Assembly: GCA_021613535.1 (NCBI GenBank)
Contig: CP075492.1
Location: 19,096,001-19,160,000 of the forward strand
DNA: 64,000 nucleotides
Reading direction: 5' to 3'
Origin: Adineta vaga
Taxonomy: Eukaryota > Animalia > Rotifera
Below the pieces are notes generated by a model, which was not told the DNA's origin, did not search any database, and was given only the letters and a program-made list of their open reading frames with translations. Of this stretch, positions 11,219 to 25,390 are shown in pieces; within the stretch, counting starts at the first letter, position 1; every line of letters begins with the position of its first letter. Both the position numbers and the translations under genes were made by a program.

Positions 11219-12994
11219 ATGGCATTAACAAATATCAATCGTCAAATCCAAGATCCATTTAATCGTTATAAAATGCCAAAGCTTGTTGTTCAAGTATTTT
11301 TAATTTCAACAAAAACAAAATACTTTTAAAAAACTGATTTTTCTTTAGGTAATAAAAGAACGAAATTCTTTTAAAACAATTTTAGTTAATTTATCAGATA
11401 TTGCCAAAGCTTTACATCGATCACCATTGTGTAAGTCGAATTCTTTTGAACAAAAAAAACAAAACATCATTGTACATTCAAATTCTTCTTTAGATATTGT
11501 CAAATATTTGACTTTGGAATTAAATTCCTCAATGAAAATCAATAAAAAGTCAAATCAATATATCATTAGTGGAAATTATAATCCAGAAATTTTACAAAAT
11601 TTATTAGATGGATTTATTAATCTATTTGTTTTATGTAAAATTTGTGAAAATCCTGAAACAGATTTAGTAAGTTGAGTTTTCGCTTCTCTCAACTAAATGT
11701 CGAGTTCAATCCAATTTGAAAGGACAAACAATTTGTGATTATGTTTCAGAGATGTCCACAGCGGCGCTGCCACTAACGCAGCCGCCACTGCGGCGTGGCA
11801 TCGGTTGCTGAATTTTTTTACCGTCGCGGCGCGGCAGCGATAGCTGCTACAGAAATTCTTTTCGAAGAACACGAAAATTTAAACATAATTTCGATGTCGG
11901 TACATAGTACGCTGAAAGATTTGATGAGTTCGATCGATTAGTGGCCACAGTTTCGGTTTAAATGCCTGAGAGTCTTGAAAAACCAAAGATTCAAAAAAAA
12001 AAACGATCGCAGTAGCTTTTTTTGAAAACCAGCGCGGCGCGGCAGCGGCACATTCTCAGACGCGGTGGATATCTCTGTTATGTTTCTTATTTTAGGATTA
12101 TAATGAAGAAAATTCGAAGGGAATTTCTCAACGATGTTTTGCTTGTGGTAATACAAGTGAAATTAGAATAGAATGTCATGATTTAGTCAAATTTATTTGT
12201 CAAAATTGGTCTGAAGATGATCGAAATAAAAATCAATATAATTGGAATAAAATGATAAATTTAAAAGAAGAAAATGTAAAATATTTAATATTTGTTTTTC
12301 GAAGATGAATTTTTCTCTTTTGTAGAGTATTTTCTTCAGTGATATTTCAATAGATGATGATTGGAATGACGATGATTTATTCTTCAATGATGAACAATTT
12401 CTTTCTTTATTTCAAGTTTGTTTTATTATTAAAATTAATTTTATATTTTAATTAAAGAAATATTTAGAGAAAGAAATTGTTAAATCAATTAAATGATTTG
12501 ATTTCAATTGAAGAATTAATTAACGAAGCGAAAAGATTAAATATTATGGCAAAAGTTCCATATCTTATTGCAAAACATTTATTTACTAAAGAAATTATCA
12601 AAGAAATTGATCAATATGAAATGTTATTTTTACATTTTTGTCAAAATAATAATGAAGGACAATATTCTTTATTAGATGGAATTGCAATGTTTATTTGTTC
12701 CAATGAAGAAATTCATAAAACATTTTCGAATGAAAAACAAATTTCGAAGATTTTTTATAAATTATATGAAAAAGATTTTGTTAATGAAGAAGTTTTTTAT
12801 GATTGGTATGAAAAAGTAAAAGAAAATGTTTGACAAAAAAAGAAAAGCATTTTTATTTCAATGCAATTTCATTTTAGGAGTCCAATCGAACGATTCAGAA
12901 AACAATTGAAACAGATACTCATGAATATGCAAACAAATTTATTCAATGGTTAAGAACAGCTGAAGAAACTGATGATGATGATAATCAATGTTAA
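11219..12994 (+). CDS. eIF5: Divergent eukaryotic translation initiation factor 5-like protein, about 7 exons
   Basis: MALTNINRQIQDPFNRYKMPKL..KTILVNLSDIAKALHR..LLDGFINLFVLCKICENPETDL..QRCFACG (C4 Zn finger)..W2 domain LYEKDFVNEEVFYDWY..FIQWLRTAEETDDDD. Confidence 0.85.
11747..12077. mobile_element. 331-bp hAT-type MITE in an eIF5-like intron
   Basis: TIR CAGAGATGTCCAC/GTGGATATCTCTG; 8-bp TSD TTATGTTT; GC-rich subterminal gcggcgcggcagcg repeats. Confidence 0.9.
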
Positions 12995-13040
12995 AAGAAA
13001 ACTATTTCAATGCCAGTTTCATACGCTGTATTGACTGTTG

Positions 13041-13088
13041 TGTGTGTGGGTGGTTTTGATGAATAAATATATTACATCCACACCCTCA
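13041..13088. repeat. Telomere-repeat hairpin between convergent 3' ends
   Basis: TGTGTGTGGGTGG..AATAAA..ATCCACACCCTCA. Confidence 0.7.
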
Positions 13089-13258
13089 TATTCTTAAAAT
13101 AGAGTTTTATATGTAAACAAGAATCTTCCATTTCCGTTATCTTGTTTAAGTTACAATCAAGTTTATTGATTTCTGTGTTAGTATTTCATTTAATCAACTT
13201 AGCACACTCTAGCTCGATTTGTTACGAAGCTGATGATCCTCTAAGGGAAAAGATAGCA

Positions 13259-14174
13259 TCAATATACTATAAATGGGTATACAGGTCTTTGTGCGTACCA
13301 TATGAATGCTGGTGAAAGGTTGAAATAAGTCGAATTAGGTAGAATTCTATTCATTGATTCTAAAGACATATGAATAGTGAGAGTGTAAAAACGTTCTTTG
13401 AAAAAGATACTTACGAACAGCGGAATCTGATCGTATACCATCGAACCATGTCGGACCCTTTACATATGGATTGATGACAAGACAAAGATTTTCCTGCACA
13501 CTACTGTATCGATCGGGCATTTGTCCGCCGCCAGTATCTCTTTGTACATTTAAGGCAACATATTTTAAAATAGTATGGATATCAACATTTGGTGCCATTA
13601 TGTATTGAAGTAAATAGTAAGTATAGAGACTATTTCGACCATTTCTTGCTAATTCATTAGAGATTGCTCCTAGACTACAAGAATAAGCAATGATTGTCGA
13701 CGGTGGTGGGCGTATTGGTGCAAGACCTTGCATTAATCCGAGGGGTTCTCTGTCAAAGAAAGGTCTTAAAGTTATTAAAGGTTGAAAAGGACGACAGCGA
13801 TCAAGAATAACTATTATTGCTCGAGGACTTTTATTAACCATATCCTGAATGAAGTTGTCAATGTTTACCGAAGATTTCTTTACATTATCCGTATTGATTG
13901 ATTCATTATTTGTTGGCATTAAATAAGTATTACCATCATATTGAACAGCTAGTCCAGAAAAATAGAATAATACAATCGAATTTGGTTGAATCGACTGTGT
14001 AAATCTGTTCATCCGTTCTGTCAAATCAAAGGAATCGAGATTAATAGCAGCATGTGTCAAAAACCCGATGGAGCGTAAAATATAAGACATGTCACTTGCA
14101 TCATAGATGCACGAGTTTCTCGGCTGAAGCATGTAATCACTGTTACCAATAACTAATGCTTGTTTTTGAAACAT
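13259..14174 (-). CDS. Caspase-like (peptidase C14, bacterial-type) protein lacking the catalytic His; intron 13360-13414
   Basis: MFQKQALVIGNSDY..FYFSGLAVQ (SGH changed to SGL)..ILDRCR..NSLYTYYLL. Confidence 0.85.
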
Positions 14175-14877
14175 GGTTCGGATTGGTTTGAATGAAAATG
14201 TAGACGAACAAACTGGAACAAACAATAATTTTAAAAGCTTTAATATTATTAAAAAACAAGAATTCGAAGAGTTTCTATTACATTTTTTACTCTTTATACT
14301 CTCTATATGATATTTAAATGCAAAGCTAATCAAATGATTTATGTTGCTATATATTTTTTCAATCTAATACACTAGACGCAAATATTAATTGGCGTTTGTT
14401 TACTCCTTCGCAAAATAACACCCCATGAAAAATATGCGGGGAAAAAACCATCCATATGAAACGATCATTATCAATAAGGAGATAGTCGATTGATTTATGA
14501 CACCATACTTCACTTTTTTTTTCGTTTTTCCCTCGCCATGAAATCAACTAGAGGAAGTAACGGATACATACGCTTATTAATAAATTAAAAATGATATTTT
14601 TTAGAGGGGATCGAAAAATACCAACTATTTTTTGATTGTATCATTAATCATGATGAATGTTTTTTGTTGATGATTCAATAAACATCAATGGCTATTCCAA
14701 GATTGTGCGTCATTTAGAACTATCAATGTAGAGATTAGAATAGTATTAAGAGTTTTCTAATTCATCATTAGTTAGATTGATAATGAAAATGACAACAAAT
14801 CTATGTTCTTTCTTTTAGCTTCATTGACGTATTTTGTATTTGTTATTTTTACATTTATCACCATCGGTAAAAGTACT

Positions 14878-15855
14878 ATGTTCCATAAACAAGCTTTGCT
14901 CATTGGTAATGATGGATATTTAGCTGCAGGTAATCGTTTAAAATCCTGTGTATACGATGTCAAGACCATGACCATATCATTACGTTCTATTGGTTTCAAT
15001 GCGACACCTGCAACAGATCTTCATGGCACTGCAATGCAATCACTTACAGGCGGGTTTGCTGAATCTATTCGACCGGGTGCTATCGTTGTTTTTTACTTCT
15101 CTGGTCATGGTCTTCAGTTTAATGGAAACAACTTATTAATACCAATAGATTATCCTAGTTCTGAGCCTCTTGATGCTCAGATTTTACTCAAAAAAATGCA
15201 TAGAAACAAGCCGCGAGTGGTCATTTTTATTCTGGATTGTTGTCGTAGTCGTGATGTTTTTCCATATACAGAGGTGAGAGGTATGCTTTTCGATGGAAGA
15301 CCAAAACTGAGAGATGGTCTCGCGGCTATGGGAGGACCACCATCGACGATTATCGCTTTTTCCTGTGCAGCAGATTCCACATCTTTAGCATCTTCACTAA
15401 CTCGTCCAAACAGCATATACACTCATCATCTACTTAATTATATTACAAGACCAAATGTCGATATTGATATTCTACTCAAATATACTGCTGTAGATGTCCA
15501 ACAAGACTCGGAAAACAAACAACTACCATTTATTTATAGTAATTGTAATGAATCGATTTGTCTCAATAGTAATCCATGGCCCATGATGTCCGTTTGGCCC
15601 GACGTCATTCAGTTTAATCCTTTATTAAGTGAGTGATTGTTTAAATATCATCTCGTAGTTATTTTTCAAGTGTATCTAGTGAAATCGGATCATTATTCAC
15701 ATGGAAAACAGCACGTTACTCATGTTGTCTGGCCTCAAATTAGAAATATCCCATTTTATTACAATAGTTCTTTCGGCTTGACAAATTACCAGTATCCACT
15801 GTTTGGAAATTTCTGGTATAACATGATGATGAGATTTCCTTATCACTATATGTAA
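14878..15855 (+). CDS. Caspase-like (peptidase C14, bacterial-type) protease with intact His/Cys dyad; intron 15629-15679
   Basis: MFHKQALLIGNDGY..FYFSGHGLQ..ILDCCR..NSIYTHHLL. Confidence 0.9.
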
Positions 15856-15949
15856 CATTGGATCATGCCTGGTCAACAACACAGTTAATTTAATCTAGAA
15901 ATTTGTTAATCATCATTCTTTCTGTCAAAATAAATTCCACTGCGAGATC

Positions 15950-15997
15950 TTGGGTGTGGGTGTGGGTGTGGTATAGTATGACTACAACGCTCATCCT
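15950..15997. repeat. Partial telomere-repeat hairpin
   Basis: gatct-TGGGTGTGGGTGTGGGTGTGG..degenerate CTCATCCTC arm. Confidence 0.6.
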
Positions 15998-17117
15998 CTG
16001 TATTCGCTGACCCTTTTCTGAAAGAATGATAACAGTGCTCAGTAACACCCGCAAGCTGAACCGAGACTTGACCGGATCCTGGTCCAAGCAGCTCTTATAC
16101 ATAAAACCTTTTTAAAAGTGTTTTTCATCTTTTCACCATTTCAAAGTATCATTAGATCTTTCGTTGAAAGAGAAGAGCAAAAACAATTGCTGTTTGTAAA
16201 TATTCATGGATCTGATCGCTTGATACTTCTCAAAAATGCATTACTCATATTTATTTTCCTTCCTATAAGGCTCTTAAACAAACTTCTAATTGTGTATGGC
16301 CTTTTTTTTCTATTTTCCTTTCAATCATATGAGTGTAATGTGAGAGATTCGCTCATCATAGTAGATCAATTCATAATCGAAGACTTGAAAATTTGCGTGA
16401 CCGTTTCGTTTCCAGTACAGGTTTCATTCTCCTTTTCATTTTCAAGAAACAGAACTTTGTCGGATTCGTTCTTGTTGATCATGACTTAAGTACCTTCGAA
16501 GAAACGTCCAAAGCACGTGAAAGTCATTCAAATCCATATGCTGTAGTATCACTCTCTAAATCAACGTCTAGTCATTCGTCGGCCTCCTTTCGATTTATTT
16601 CCAAAACGAAAAAGTGAATTTACTTTAGTCTTCTTTTCAAAAGACACTGACTTCGTATTACTATAAAAGGATTCCAGTTTCTCGATCTCGATTACTCTTT
16701 TGTCGAACTTTATATGATATATCCGAATTCACATTCGTTAATTAGCTAATTAATTAATAAGTAATCAAGTAAAACCGACGTTAGATGTGGAGTTTCCTGT
16801 CTACGAAAACGCTTCGGTCAACCGTTATAAAAAAATGGTTCTTTGTTTAAAAAATTGATGCGAAAAAAATTTCGGAGAAACAAACACCGAATTCGTGTTC
16901 CTCGACCTCAATTACGAGAAAATTTCAACATTTTTTGATAGAATATGTGAAATTTTCATAAAATCCAAAAAGATTCGTAGAAGATCTATTTGTTTTCAGT
17001 GTAGAATAAATTAAAAAAAAACTAGAACAGGTAAATTTTTTCGAAAATAAATAGTTTTATTTCTTAAAAGCATAAAGTAGAGCATAACTACTGACATGCA
17101 TTGAAAAGAAGAATTTT

Positions 17118-20100
17118 TCAAGAACATTCACATGTATTTAAAAGAACATTTATAGTCTTCGATCCACCAGTTATAGTAATTATATCTTGGCAATTATCAT
17201 TGTTCAAATCTTTTACAACACTCCAAGACAAACGATGAAAATATTGACTTGAATAAATAATTTGAGTTTGAAATATTCCATTTTTATTTCGAAGAAAACC
17301 ATAGATTTCAAAAGGATCATCTTTAGTAACAATAATATCTAAATAACGATCATTATTTAAATGACCTACAGCAAAGTAATCGAATGGTAGAGTAGAATTC
17401 ATAAGAACTTGTTGATAGAAATGAAAAGAACCATTATTATATCGATAATTTATAAAAGCCGTATTTATCCAATTATAAACTAAAATAGTATCAGATTGAA
17501 AATTACTATTGGAATCACCAGCTATCATTTTGATTCTGGTAAAATAGATAGACATGAAAAATCTTTTATGAAAATGAAAATTTCCATCAATATTTCCAAA
17601 AAATATATGTATATGAAGAGAGTCTTTATCCATAACAGTAATATCTAAATAACTGTCATTATTCAAATCAACAACAGCTAATTGATATGTTATAGTATTG
17701 AATCCTATGAATAAGATAAGCGGTGTTGAAAATGTTCCATCACCATTTCCAAAACAAACATATATACTATCACGAAACAGATAATCACCAATAATATCCA
17801 ACTTATTATCATTATTCAGATCAATTAGAATAGTGTTTCTTGCATTGATAGGTAAAATTAAAAATCGCTTATTTTGTGTTTGAAACGTTCCATCACCATT
17901 CCCAAATACTAAAGTAATATTTGTTACAGAATTTATATGATTATAATATGTTAAAATTAGATCGAATCGATTATCATTATCCAAATCAGCAATGTACATC
18001 CAAGCTATCACGAAAAAATGTTTTGATGAAAATTTGCTCGCTTTTTCAAACGAATTGTTGCCAATTCCTAATAAAACATGTACATCTTCAGTATTACCAC
18101 AATGAAAGATTATATCATTTCGATTATCAGCATTTATATCATAAATAATCATTGTATTTGAACTTATGAATGAACACGATGTATTAATTAATATTTCTTT
18201 ATATTTAAATAGACACAATGGTTCTAAAAAAATATAACTTTATTTATATTTTATATTAATAATTTTTCAATAAATTAACCTGATATAGTCGATGTTACCG
18301 ATATTGTCGTTATTGTTGTTGTTGTTGTTGTATTTAAACTATCAATAGTTGTTACATTTACTGTTGTCAAGTAATCTAGTGAATAAATTTAAAAACTGTA
18401 TATTGATTTGAATAAAATGTGGAAACGTTGGATTTTATTCGAGAGTTATGTCGACTACAAAAAGTGTATGAGATAGAGATGAGTCATTCAGACCATCAAA
18501 ATTATCACGAGAAATCTTTTCGATCGGCCAATTTCAGATCACCTGTTTTGGAATAAATCTACGTTTGTATCTAGCAGAATTATAGTCGTAACTAATCTAT
18601 TGAATCTAGAAGAAATAGATGTATGATTGATACAGATATCAGTAGCATAGATCACCAGTATGAATAGCTAATGAGTTCGACTTTTTATCTTTCGATAGTC
18701 CTCTTAACTGTTAGCGTTAAAAACTGAGTCAATTTATATATATGTTGTCAATAGTGAGAATTTTCTCGATAACTCAGTCTTTTCTTAGCGAATCCTTTTT
18801 ATCTTCGAACTTGATCTAGGTATTGATGAGACTATTCTATGCACAAAATTTCAATTCAATCTAATGTAGTTGTGAAGAGTTATCGTGTTAACAAACGGAC
18901 GAAGTATTTTTATAGAAAAGTTTCGGAACTGATAAAAGATATAAGCTTTTTTAATACTTACTCATTTGTGCATAATATATCGAAAAAAAACTAATACCAA
19001 CTATAATAAATATTAAAATTAGAATTAAATAAATTATCTTTTGAAACCATCGACTACGTGATCTAATCTCATTATTCGAAATAATGTGTCGATTAGTTGT
19101 ATTATTAATCATATCCGATGAATTTTGAATAGAATTTGTTTTTTTTCTTTGTTTATTATGAAGCTTAAATCCAATTCGAATTAATTTTGGACAAATCCAT
19201 TTGAGAACAATTGACAAACCACCTTGAACACCAAGTATAAGAGTAATAATATATAAAAGATTTAATTTTTCAATTTTAGTATAAGAACATATTGATGGTG
19301 AACATTGTTGATAATATAATGAATAATTCTTATCTATTAACCAATTTTCAATAAATAAATGATTGAGAAGTTCACGTATTGTTGTATTCAATGAAAAACG
19401 ACTATTGATTATTTGAAGAGAATTTAAATCTATTTTAGACTTTGTATATTGTTGAATAAGATTAAGACATGATTGATTATAAAAACATTCAAGAGTTGAA
19501 GAAAGAAATGATTCACTTGGTGTACATCCCATTTTCATACCTTGAATAGTTATATTGATCGAAGAATTTCTTTCAATGAAAATTGCTTGAGTTGTACAAT
19601 TTGATGATATTCCACATGAACATTCATCATCATAGATTACAGCTTTTGCAGGGATATAAATTAATGTATCATCTCTCAATTCAACAATATATTCAAAATT
19701 TGTTCCATAAGTTGACATAAAAGCATTTCCATGAAATATACTTCGAGTGAAGAAAAGAAAACGAGAAAATATAATTGGAGCATTGGATTTACTTTGTTCA
19801 GTTAAAATATTGAAATGGTTTTCAAAATGATTTTCAGATAAAAGTTCAACAGTAATTAATAATGATCTTAAAAAATTATCAATTGTATTATTTATTGTTT
19901 GTTGTGAAAGTCGACATAATCCTTGAAGATATTGCAAATGAGCTGAAAGAAATCGACGATAATCTCTTTGTTCATAAAAATTCAAATTGGGAATAAGTCC
20001 ATTGACAAAATCGAGTCGCCATTCTTCCAAAACATATTGACTTGAACAAATCTAATACAAAGATATGTTTATATTTCTTAATACTTTTAGAATTCTATAT

Positions 20101-23100
20101 CTTACTGAATGAAATATTGGTGTAATTGTAACAAAATGATCATATGTCGAGGCTATTACTGAACATTTACATTTTAAATCATCACCATAGAGTTGTTTTA
20201 AATGTTTATAGACAATCAAAGATGGTTTATTAAAACTTTTTGTTGAAATAAATAGCTGAATAATTCCATAAAATATCAAAATACTGATACCAACAGTAAA
20301 TAATATCAAATAAAGACGAGTCGCCAATCGACCATAATGTTTTACTGTAATTCGATCAACATCAGTTCCAAAATTGCGTAATGTAAATATATTTAATTCA
20401 ACTATTACATTACGTAAAAGTTTAATTAAATTCAAAATAATATTTTTTAATTGAACGAAAAAATTATGACGAACTAGAATGAAAATATTTTTTTCATGTA
20501 TTAAAAATATAAATGAATTAAAGTCTCGTAATATATCTTCACAATGTATTTCAATGTTAATAATACTCGAAATGTTATATTTCTATTAATAAATATTTAC
20601 CTTGGCTTCTTTGGTTTGTTTTGCTTTTGAATTTTTTCGAGAATTTCAAAATGATATTAACAAGATGAGGTGTTAAAATACGTAATGAAACGACAATACC
20701 ACCAAGCATCGACACCAATGTTATAATTAATCGAATAAAACTCGTTTTGCGAATTGTTTGAGAATAAGAACAATATAATGGTGCACAAGATTCATAAAAA
20801 ATTTTATATGATAATACAGGATTCCATTTTTCAATCATCAGTTCATTGATGATTCTTGAAAATGATACATTGAAAGGATATCGAGTCACAGTTGGATCAT
20901 AAATGAGAGGTTGGAGATTAAATTGTGATGGAACATCTGAGGGAAACATTTCCATTTTGTTTAAAAAACTCAATAAAATTGGAAAACAATCTGAATCTTC
21001 ATATAAACACTGAAATGTCGAAAATTGAAGTGACTCAATTGCAAGACAACTTTGAATCCAACCAGATATATTATAAATGCGATCAGTATTTCTGTTGTGA
21101 TGATCGAGATTACCTGGGCTATACAAAAATGCTGAACTTTGACAATGTGGATTTATAGCACAGATACATTTGTTCAATGATGAATTAATATCTTCAATTT
21201 CATTTAAAATAAATTGTATCTAGAAATAAAATTATTTTTATTTTATAGAATTTTATCAATTCAAAACTGATATACTTGTACTATTGAATCATTATTTGTT
21301 TCATTGAACATTAGATTCATTTTTACACCGAGTTTATCATCAGAGCTAGTAATTTGCATAGGTCCCATATAAAATTGATCAACTTGCATAATAAGACTTA
21401 CAATATCTTTTAGGAAAATAAAATTATAAACTGTTGAATTATAAAATAGATTAAGAGTTGTATTAAGTTGTTTAGAAAAATCATTTTCATTGATTAGAGA
21501 AGAAGAAATAAAGAATTGATTAAGAAATCGATCAATAGCATCAATAATCGTTTTGTTAGCTAATTGACAAAGATCAGATAAGATTTGAAATTGTGGATAT
21601 GCTTTATTGCGCCAATCATCAAGAGACAAGATACCAGCATTTAACTTTATCATTTCAATCCAACCATTTTGGACAAAACTACTTGAACATATTTGATGAA
21701 AAACTGGAGAAAAATATAGAAAGTTTTTATAAGATATTGTTTTATTTGAACATGGACATCGAAGTGTTGATGCATATATAATTTCTAATGAATTATAAGT
21801 TTTTATTGTAGGATTTGATTCATATTTTATTACTGTTTCACGTTGTAATAATGTGAATAGACAAAGTGCAGATATTGTACCTATAATATTAAAAAAAAAG
21901 AATAACTATTTTCTCAAACACATTCTTAAATTGAATATATTTATATCAAAGAATAAAAATCTTTCAGTACAATCCTTCTGAGATTTAAAATGTGAAACAC
22001 GATAATCCTATACAACTTGTAAATGTGATATAAATAATTTCAAAATTAGTTTTAACTAATTAGTTTTTTTGTCATGGTTTGTGGTGGAGGAGTTCAGGTA
22101 GCGACGGGATTAAGGAGAACTGGAGCGATTTGACCTCTTGTCTTCGAAAATTTTCGATCTTTTCCAAAAAATAAGTTCACATTACGTCGGCTGTGGACTC
22201 AAACAGTGATTTTTAGTCGAAATCATTCACCGCTACCTGAAGGTTGCCGTTCCTCCTTTAAAAATCCTACAAAGGGGAAAAGAGCAAATCCTAGATTCCA
22301 CATCCGTCATTTAATTTAGGAGATAGAACTGCGCTGTTTGCGGAGGGAGATCCAAATTTCTATCCTTATACACTTTAACATTCTGTCTCAGATCGTGTTT
22401 TACAAAAATTTACCAAATAATAAAATTAAATAAACACGAGTAATAATTTTTTGCCGTTTGATGCTATCTTCTGTTCGCTGAAGAATATTTTTGAATAAAT
22501 TTAATTGTTCTATTGATTTCTTTAATTCAAATACTTTTGTAATTTGACTATTGAAATTGTTTGTTTGATTATTTTGATGATTTTTGAATTTAAATAAAAT
22601 CTTAATAAAAAAAGATGAAATTAAACGAAGTATAATCGTAAGACCACCATAAAGACTAATGAATAAAGTTATTGCATAAGATAAATTTGTTCGATGATTT
22701 CTTGTATATGTACATATTGATGGAGAACATTGATTAAAATAGAACGAATAATCAATTTCTAATGACCAATTTTCAATGAAAAATATATTTAAATAATTAG
22801 TTATAGGAATATTTTTATAATTTGATGATAAAATAGAATTATTCAAATTAAAATGTGTCTAAATAAAATAGAGAATTATTGAATCAAAAAATAATATTAT
22901 ACAAACTTGATTTAAATTTGGAAAATAATTTAATAACAATTCAATACATTCAAAACTATAGAAACAATCTAATGTACTTGCAAGAAGTGATTCAAGTGGA
23001 GTACATCCTACAAAGAAACCTTTAACAATTGTAGAATTTATCAATGGTTTCATCTGAGCTCTACGATAAACATGTATAAATTCGTTTGATAATGAAGAGA

Positions 23101-24060
23101 GTGTAGCTGATATCATTATATTTTCAGAGGCACACCATGGTCTATTTCTATTGACGTCCGAACGGTATATAATTTGTGAACGTATTTTCAATTCCAATAA
23201 AAATCGTAAGTACTCTATTTCAAGTAACCAATTAGTACCGAGACCTGTGACTAAAGTATGTCCTTGAATTGTTGTTCTCAAATAATTCAAGAATGATAAC
23301 ATTTGAATAGATGCACTGCTTGTTTGCAATTCAAGAATACCATCGACATCTTTCCGAATTTCCATTTCAGGAACGAGTTCAATAGAAATGAAATCAGTAT
23401 TGTTAATATCTTTTTGAATTTGAATAATTATCTCTTTTGAAAATAAACAAAATTCTGACAAGAGTTTAAACTAAATTAACAAAAAAGAAAATAATTCGAT
23501 CCTTTTATATATGAAAGACATTAATTCACTTGTGAATAAGCTGTTGTTCGAAAATCCCATACACCATATAAACTTGCATTTGAGAAATATAATCCTTCAA
23601 TCCATTGTTTATCAACAAAAACACTCGAACATATAGGATGCATTATGATATTTTGTAAAACAAAGTTTTTATGTGGTATTGTTACCGTTTTACATTGACA
23701 TGATAATGTTTGATTATGTTCAGAAGACAATTTATAAAAAAGATCATGTGTTACATCGGAAATAACAACCGTTTTTGGTTCGATTTTTATCAAAGTAACA
23801 TAAAATAATATATAAAGACATACTAAAATAAAGAAAATGAATCGTTTATGATTTAAATGATATCAGAAAAATAGATTCAATATTATTTACCTGTATGTAG
23901 TATAATGTATAACCAAGTTTGATATTTTTGATGTTTAAGGACAATAACTGGGTCTTTTATGTTATCATCGTCATCATACTCATTGTCTTCTAATGTAAAA
24001 AGATTATAATTTACCAACTTTTTATAAATCCATTTGAAAAACGTTTTTGGCTTCACTATG
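17118..24060 (-). CDS. Large multi-exon membrane protein: three tandem Cys-rich extracellular modules between TM helices, a Thr-rich linker and C-terminal FG-GAP/VCBS repeats (start codon not resolved)
   Basis: Module motifs CxC..PxFHxICSSxF..W, GCTPxESxLxSTLxCFY and IE(N/K)W..Y..CxPxxCxY occur three times. DLNNDxxLDI..GNGDGTF repeats in 17118-18218. GT-AG introns link the ORFs. Confidence 0.8.
18790..18905 (-). mobile_element. Degraded HINE/DINE-1-like fragment in an intron
   Basis: atcttcgaacttgatctaggtattgatgagac..gttatcgtgttaacaaacggacg matches the family at 29304/47060. Confidence 0.6.
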
Positions 24061-24749
24061 TTAAATGCAATTCTTTTACAAATTGATAAATTGAGAGTGT
24101 CGGTTTAAATATCGATATTTCTTGTATGTATATCATACGCGTTCTCGTATTCTTTTCTCAATTCTTATTTGGGATTGCATGATTAAAAATGTATCAAATT
24201 CTTTTCTACAGTTGAAACAAAATACAACTATATATTTCAAAGCGGATTTGACAATGAATAATATAGCGTAGTTACATAGGAGCAGTTAGTTGTGAGTGGC
24301 TGATCAAAGAGAAGCCGTTGAATGATTATATCGATGTGGAAGGTTACTTTTGAAGTGTAATGTTAATGTAAACTCAGATAGTTTTAATCGTTTTATTCAA
24401 AGAAGTGAATTATACTCAATCCTTTAAAAATAAAATTGAGATAATATCAACTTCTTAAAAGAAAACAAATTTCAAAAATGAGATAAGATAGACGGTGTCA
24501 CACAATATATATCGGAAGTTTTATGTTACGAATCAGTGATGATATGAGTGACCTAGTATTTGCTAAGATTATACTTCTTACTTGACAGATAATAGAAGTA
24601 GAAAAGTGTATATATAGTGAACTAGTTATGAGTAGCCAATCGAATAGAGGCCGATGAACGACTAGGTGTTGAATGATTGGATGACAGTATTTTGACATTG
24701 TTAGTATAGAAATTCTTTCCTAGTAACATTTTTTCAGCATAAACATAAG

Positions 24750-25390
24750 AAGTAACGTTTCTGTAGGATATTTAATTAAAATGATTAATATCACTTTCTA
24801 TTATATACGCATTAGAGATAAATATTACTGTCAAGTAATCATCGCTCATACAAGTATCTTCACTTTTTAGCTTTGGTAACTTGAACAAAACCTTGATATA
24901 AAAGCTCCTTATCTACTTTTGAGTTCATGCTGTAGATAAAAATCCCAAAAAGATTCGTGTCATTAGTCGCTAGTTGTTGAGATATTGTATTTTTAAGGTA
25001 TTGGGATGACTCACTGCTCTGGCCCACTTCAGGTATATCCGGAAAAGTCAGAGGTCTCGCTGAGTAGTTTATTGTGAGAGTTTTAACTTTTCTAAATACG
25101 CCTAATTCTGAAAATTTCCTAGTGGGCTACTCTCAATGCGAGCTAGTATCTATACAAACTTTGAAGGCGAAATTTCCACATGAGTTTTTCGTATATTCCT
25201 GAGAAGAACTACGGCAGTGAGTCATTTCAACAATAAGAAGTCAAGGACACGAACCGTTTCGGTGTTTTTATCTACTTTATGAGTCTTTTCTATGGGCTGA
25301 ATATGAGATCAAACAGAGGGTATCACTTGTTGAGGTTCATTATCGTAAGATATTTACAAGAAAGTCATTACATATCATCTACGGAATGCT
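24750..25390. mobile_element. Degenerate foldback/MITE
   Basis: Nested inverted matches: gtagataaaaa..ttcgtgtc / gacacgaa..tttttatctac and atgactcactgc / gcagtgagtcat. Confidence 0.55.

Noticed and set aside
16100-17000. Possible transposase relic
   Set aside because: Coding-like composition but no recognisable motif by eye.
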